Assembly (NCBI RefSeq): GCF_009914755.1
Contig: NC_060934.1
Reading direction: 5' to 3' (one strand)
Source of the DNA: the human T2T-CHM13v2.0 reference genome, Homo sapiens
Length of the DNA stretch: 64,000 nt
The stretch's first letter is position 1. Each line of letters begins with the position of its first letter. Of this stretch, positions 59,894-64,000 are shown piece by piece. Under the pieces are notes generated by a model. It was not told the origin of the DNA and did no database searches. It was given only the letters and a program-made list of their open reading frames with translations. Made by a program: the position numbers and the translations under genes.

Positions 59894-61199
59894 TATATAG
59901 GGGACAGAGACATAGAAACAGACCAGGAGGCAGAGCATCAGGGGCCTCCTAGGGCATCGTAAGAATTCCAGATTAGATTCTAAACATCAAATTGGAGATA
60001 GGAGACCAATGAGGAGTGATTTATGGTAATAAAAACAATCTTTAATAACCTTGTAAAGAGATCATTCTGGTTTCCATGTACGTCTGCTTTAACTGATGGT
60101 GACTGAAGGATGGAAATGTTCTTTTCCTAACACGATGCCCTTTCATTATAACTTAAGCTGGTCCTAGTTTCTTACAAATCCCTTATTTCCTTGGATTTCT
60201 CCACTGCACCCTCACTGTGCTGCCTTGTCACTTACAAGCTGGGCCTGCCCAATGTGTTTACAAAGCCTCTCTTCAGAAATATACCAGATGTGCTCAACAG
60301 AGGCATCATTAATAGAAACCTCCACTTCAAAACATCATATGAAGAACCAGCAATCAGCCCTCCAACGTAAATACCTCCCATTTCACGGTATTACAGAAAG
60401 AGTGCAGTTTACTAAGCATGCCTTCCTTACAGGAAGTTCAGTAGCTGTAAAAATTTTTGTTCAGTTTCAAACGTTTCACTGCTTATTAATTCCAAAGATC
60501 GGAACGCTGTGTTGTTGCTGCGTTTGGGGAGTTTAGCATACTCAGGAGAGAAGCCGTGCTTACGACGGAGTGAGTTGGAGCATACTTCTATAGAAACTTG
60601 CTGGAAAACACAGAATGATTGGAGAAATGGTGAAAAACTTCTGTGAAGATGTAAACGGTACTCCGTCACCCAGTTGTTCGCAGTGCGTTGGGATCCTTGC
60701 TTTACCCTGGTCAGGGGTTTCCAAAGGTGTTCCTTTCAAGCATGGAAAAATTCATTCATCCCCAGATTATGTATAATATTTGTTAAGATCTAAGCAATGA
60801 GAACACGGAAGAAGGAATGCTGAGTAAGACAAAAGGAGCCCAATGCGTGTGTCAGCCACAGACCCTGGCTGTCCACTACATGGGTATTTGGATTCACTTC
60901 ACTGTGGGCCACCCCAGCGTTCATGTTTGCTCCACATCCCCACTCCCGGCTGCATGCACAGAGCAGGACCAGCCCAGCAGCCCCAGCTCCCATCGCCTCA
61001 TGCCCTTGGCCTTCTAGCCCTCAGCTTGTGGAAGCCCAGGGAGGAGTTTCAAGCAGGGGTACTAAATGATCTGAAGACAGCTTCTTTAGGCCTTATTTTC
61101 CCCATTGGCCAGCGGCCACTTGGCTTCCTGCTGTCACTCTTGTGACAATGACCTACAAAGGTCAACACGTCCTCCGGAAGGCCATGCCCTCTGCATTCT

Positions 61200-62262
61200 C
61201 TTCACGTCTTGGCTATGCCATTCGGCCAATCACTCACTCCCTTCTTTTATAAATATTCTCTTTTCTGGAGTTCCATGGTCTCCATCTCTCCAGGTTTTCA
61301 TTCCCATGCGCTACCCGCCTCCCGATTGTGGCATCTCTTGTGTGCCCTCTCTTGTCCATGCACCCGCTGTGGTCAGTGTCTCTCAGCATTGTGCTCTTGG
61401 CACTAACTTCTCCTGACTTTACACTCTGACCACACCAGAAAACCCTCTTCCACTCCACCAGCTTTAGATACACCTCGCTCGATTGATCCCCACATTGTCA
61501 CCTCCATCCAGAGCTCTGTCCCATGCTCTGGGCCTACGTATACTCTTGGCCCTGGTGCATCCTCATACAGATGTCCCAGGTGCTACAAATTCAGCAAATA
61601 CTTCCTAGACTGAATTCATAATCATCTTGTCAAGGCAGCTTCTCCTTCTGTGCTTTCTGTCTTGAATGATGCAATCACATGTAACAAGCTGTCCGAGCTG
61701 GCATCCTAGCTATCACACCTCACCCCTCTATCTCCTTCATCCTCAACATCCCATCAGCCACTCAGTCCAGCCTTCGCGACATCTTTCTGTTTACTCTTTT
61801 CTCCTCTCCTCCTGCCTCTGCCTTGACTCAGATCCTTTCTCCTCTGCTGCCTGGGTCAAAGCCTTGGTCAACTTGTCTCCCCACCTCCAATCTTTCTTCG
61901 TTCCAGTCCATGTTTCCGGTGCAGCCAGGGTGATGTTTCTACAATGCAAATGATAATTTGCCCCTCTGCTGAAATCTGTGTGTGGTCCTCTACACTAGCC
62001 CCCTTTGCCTTGAGGATGAACTGAAATCCCAAACCTGACTCCATAGCTCTTCATGATCTGGCCGTTACCTACCTCTCTCCCTTATCACTTCCTGGCCCTT
62101 ACCCTAAACTCAACCCTAATAAACTCTCAGCAGCTTCTTACCCACCTTGCTCTCACTTCCTGCACAGCTGTTCTGTCTGCCTCTACAGCAGTTCTTCAGC
62201 CGCACCCCTTTTCTACTTGACAACTTCAGGTCTCATTCTAGAGTTACTTCCTGCAAGAATTC
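61200..62262 (+). mobile_element. L2 ORF2/3' region (degraded)
   Basis: Pyrimidine-rich; GATGTCCCAGG..ACTGAATTCATAATC..GCAGCCAGGGTGATGTTTCTACAATGCAAAT..TTCATGATCTGGCC. Confidence 0.8.
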
Positions 62263-63884
62263 CTAAAAACAAACAAAAAATCATGTCTCCTGTTAAGTAT
62301 AGACACTGGTGCAATCAGGTTCGGGAGATGGGGGCCCTGCACCCCATATTTTGGAAAGAGTCCAGTGTCGTGACAACAAAACTGTAGTTGAATTTATAAG
62401 TCCAGAAAGGGAGCAAGGGGTGTTGGAGGTCCCAGTTTCTTGGTCGTAGTGAAGGTGGGGAAGATTTGAAAGGGATCTTACGCAGATTCAATGACCCAAG
62501 AGAGGGACCTTTACAACCTGGAGGGGCCAGATTGGCAAGAATATGAAGCATCTCAATGCCTTCCTGCATGGATGTCCAAGAAAATGCGTGCATTGTACAC
62601 AGAGTCGTACACAGAGTCCTACATCCAGTGACTCTCCTGCCTACAAAACTTTGGCAAATTGATATGTTCCCAGAACTTAGGTCAAGCCAGGAAAAGAGAG
62701 AAAAATTATGACTTAACTGAGAAATAACTGAGCTTCCCTGGTGAAATGGGAGCTCAAAAAATAAATAAAGTCAAATTATAGACAAATAGAACACATTTCT
62801 TATAGTTGAGAGTTGTGAACTGAGATTTGTATTGCCCTTTTTATTACCCTGAAGAGTAATCACCTGTTTACGTGTTTGCCTCTGAGGAGACTCTCTAAGT
62901 CCCTCATGGTGATATACCTTTTGCTGGCTAATAGCATTGATTCTGGTTAATAATGATTGATAAATATATGTAAAAAATGAATAAATTTTTAAGACCAAAA
63001 ATTTGCCATAATTAAGAACTCTGAGAATCTCGGTCTGCTGGGCACAGGCAACTAGGGAACAGTGGGTTGCAGTCCAGGTACATATATGGTGCAATGGGAT
63101 TGCAGGAAGAAACAATTAAAATTTGTGCTGGGAGTCTAGGAAGGCATGGAGGATGTGACATTTGAACTTAGATGTGGAGGTAGGCAACAGGTCTTGACAC
63201 CCATTTGGATCCCACAATCAGGCCTAACTAATGAATTTATACACTATCTCCACTGAAGGCCAACAGAAAAAGAACAAAGATGGGGGCCTTAGGAGAAGGT
63301 ATTTGCAAAGAACCTAACAGGTACTGGGCATTTGACAAAGTCTGAGTTCATCTTTCCCCATTCACCCTTTCCCGCCTCCTTATACTGTATCATCTCTCCA
63401 TGACTAACATTTGCAGAATGGATTACAGCTCACAGACTGTGTTCATTTGACCCTCTTATGTAACAGCGTATCTCCAAGGTTTAAAGAATAGTTTCAAAAC
63501 TCAGGAGCCAGAAACTTCAAGCTAGCTTTGCCCTACTTTCCCTAACACAGGCTTGTTCTGCACTGTCACTTAATGCAACATATGGTTGGTGTGAGTAAAG
63601 ACTAAATATGAGGACCCTGCACTTCGCACATGTAAAAACCTTACTCAAGCCAGGGCCGGATCAGAGGAGCAGCAAATGTCTTTATTCTTGGGCCCCGTTC
63701 ATTGCACCTTGACAAACCTTCCTGATTCTCCACCCTTCCTTCTCCTTCCTCTTTTTTTTTCCCTTCCTTTTCTCCTTTCTTCTGGCTCCGTCTCCCTCAC
63801 CTCATGTGGCTGTGGAAAACTTTCTAGCTATTGAGCATTAGCCCTAGCTGTGATGACCATGAACATCCAGCGAAGGGTTTTTCT

Positions 63885-64000
63885 GCCTCGCTCTACATCA
63901 TATTCATCTGAGGAGATATTATTTTAAGGAGATGCTCATGGCCTCATCTCAAGAGATCTGAAATCAAATATTCTGGGATGCAGCCCAGGCATTGGTATTT
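63885..64000. mobile_element. MER5-type MITE running off the window end
   Basis: CATCATATTCATCTGAGGAG..CTGAAATCA..CTGGGATGCAGCCCAGGCATTGGTATTT. Confidence 0.6.

Noticed and set aside
62595-62618. 12-bp tandem duplication GTACACAGAGTC x2
   Set aside because: Real, but an ordinary slippage-sized duplication with no further structure.

Overview
Primate (almost certainly human or great-ape) non-coding genomic DNA, intronic or intergenic, AT-rich and dominated by interspersed repeats. It contains 29 Alu elements or fragments (J, S and Y types), MaLR/ERV LTRs (THE1, MST, MLT1, MLT2, one ERV1-type), old L1 and L2 pieces, MIRs and fossil DNA transposons. I recognise no intact protein-coding gene, RNA gene or CRISPR array, and I see no evidence of a novel multi-gene system. 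Most ORF-track entries are chance or Alu-derived frames. The best observations are: (1) a 5'-truncated processed PDCL3 pseudogene at ~10249-10648 (-), missed by the ORF track; (2) an ancient two-LTR ERVL provirus skeleton at ~49341-52784 (-) with readable RNase H, integrase and dUTPase-region remnants; (3) an 88-bp non-repeat, TF-motif-dense module present twice, 1362 bp apart (83/88 identical); (4) a local duplication of an Alu 3' junction; (5) a fold-back scar at an AluY deletion; (6) a twin-primed L1; (7) a CpG-retaining candidate exon near 60.5 kb. Repeat subfamily names and protein matches come from remembered consensus sequences, not from a search. Boundaries of old repeats are approximate.
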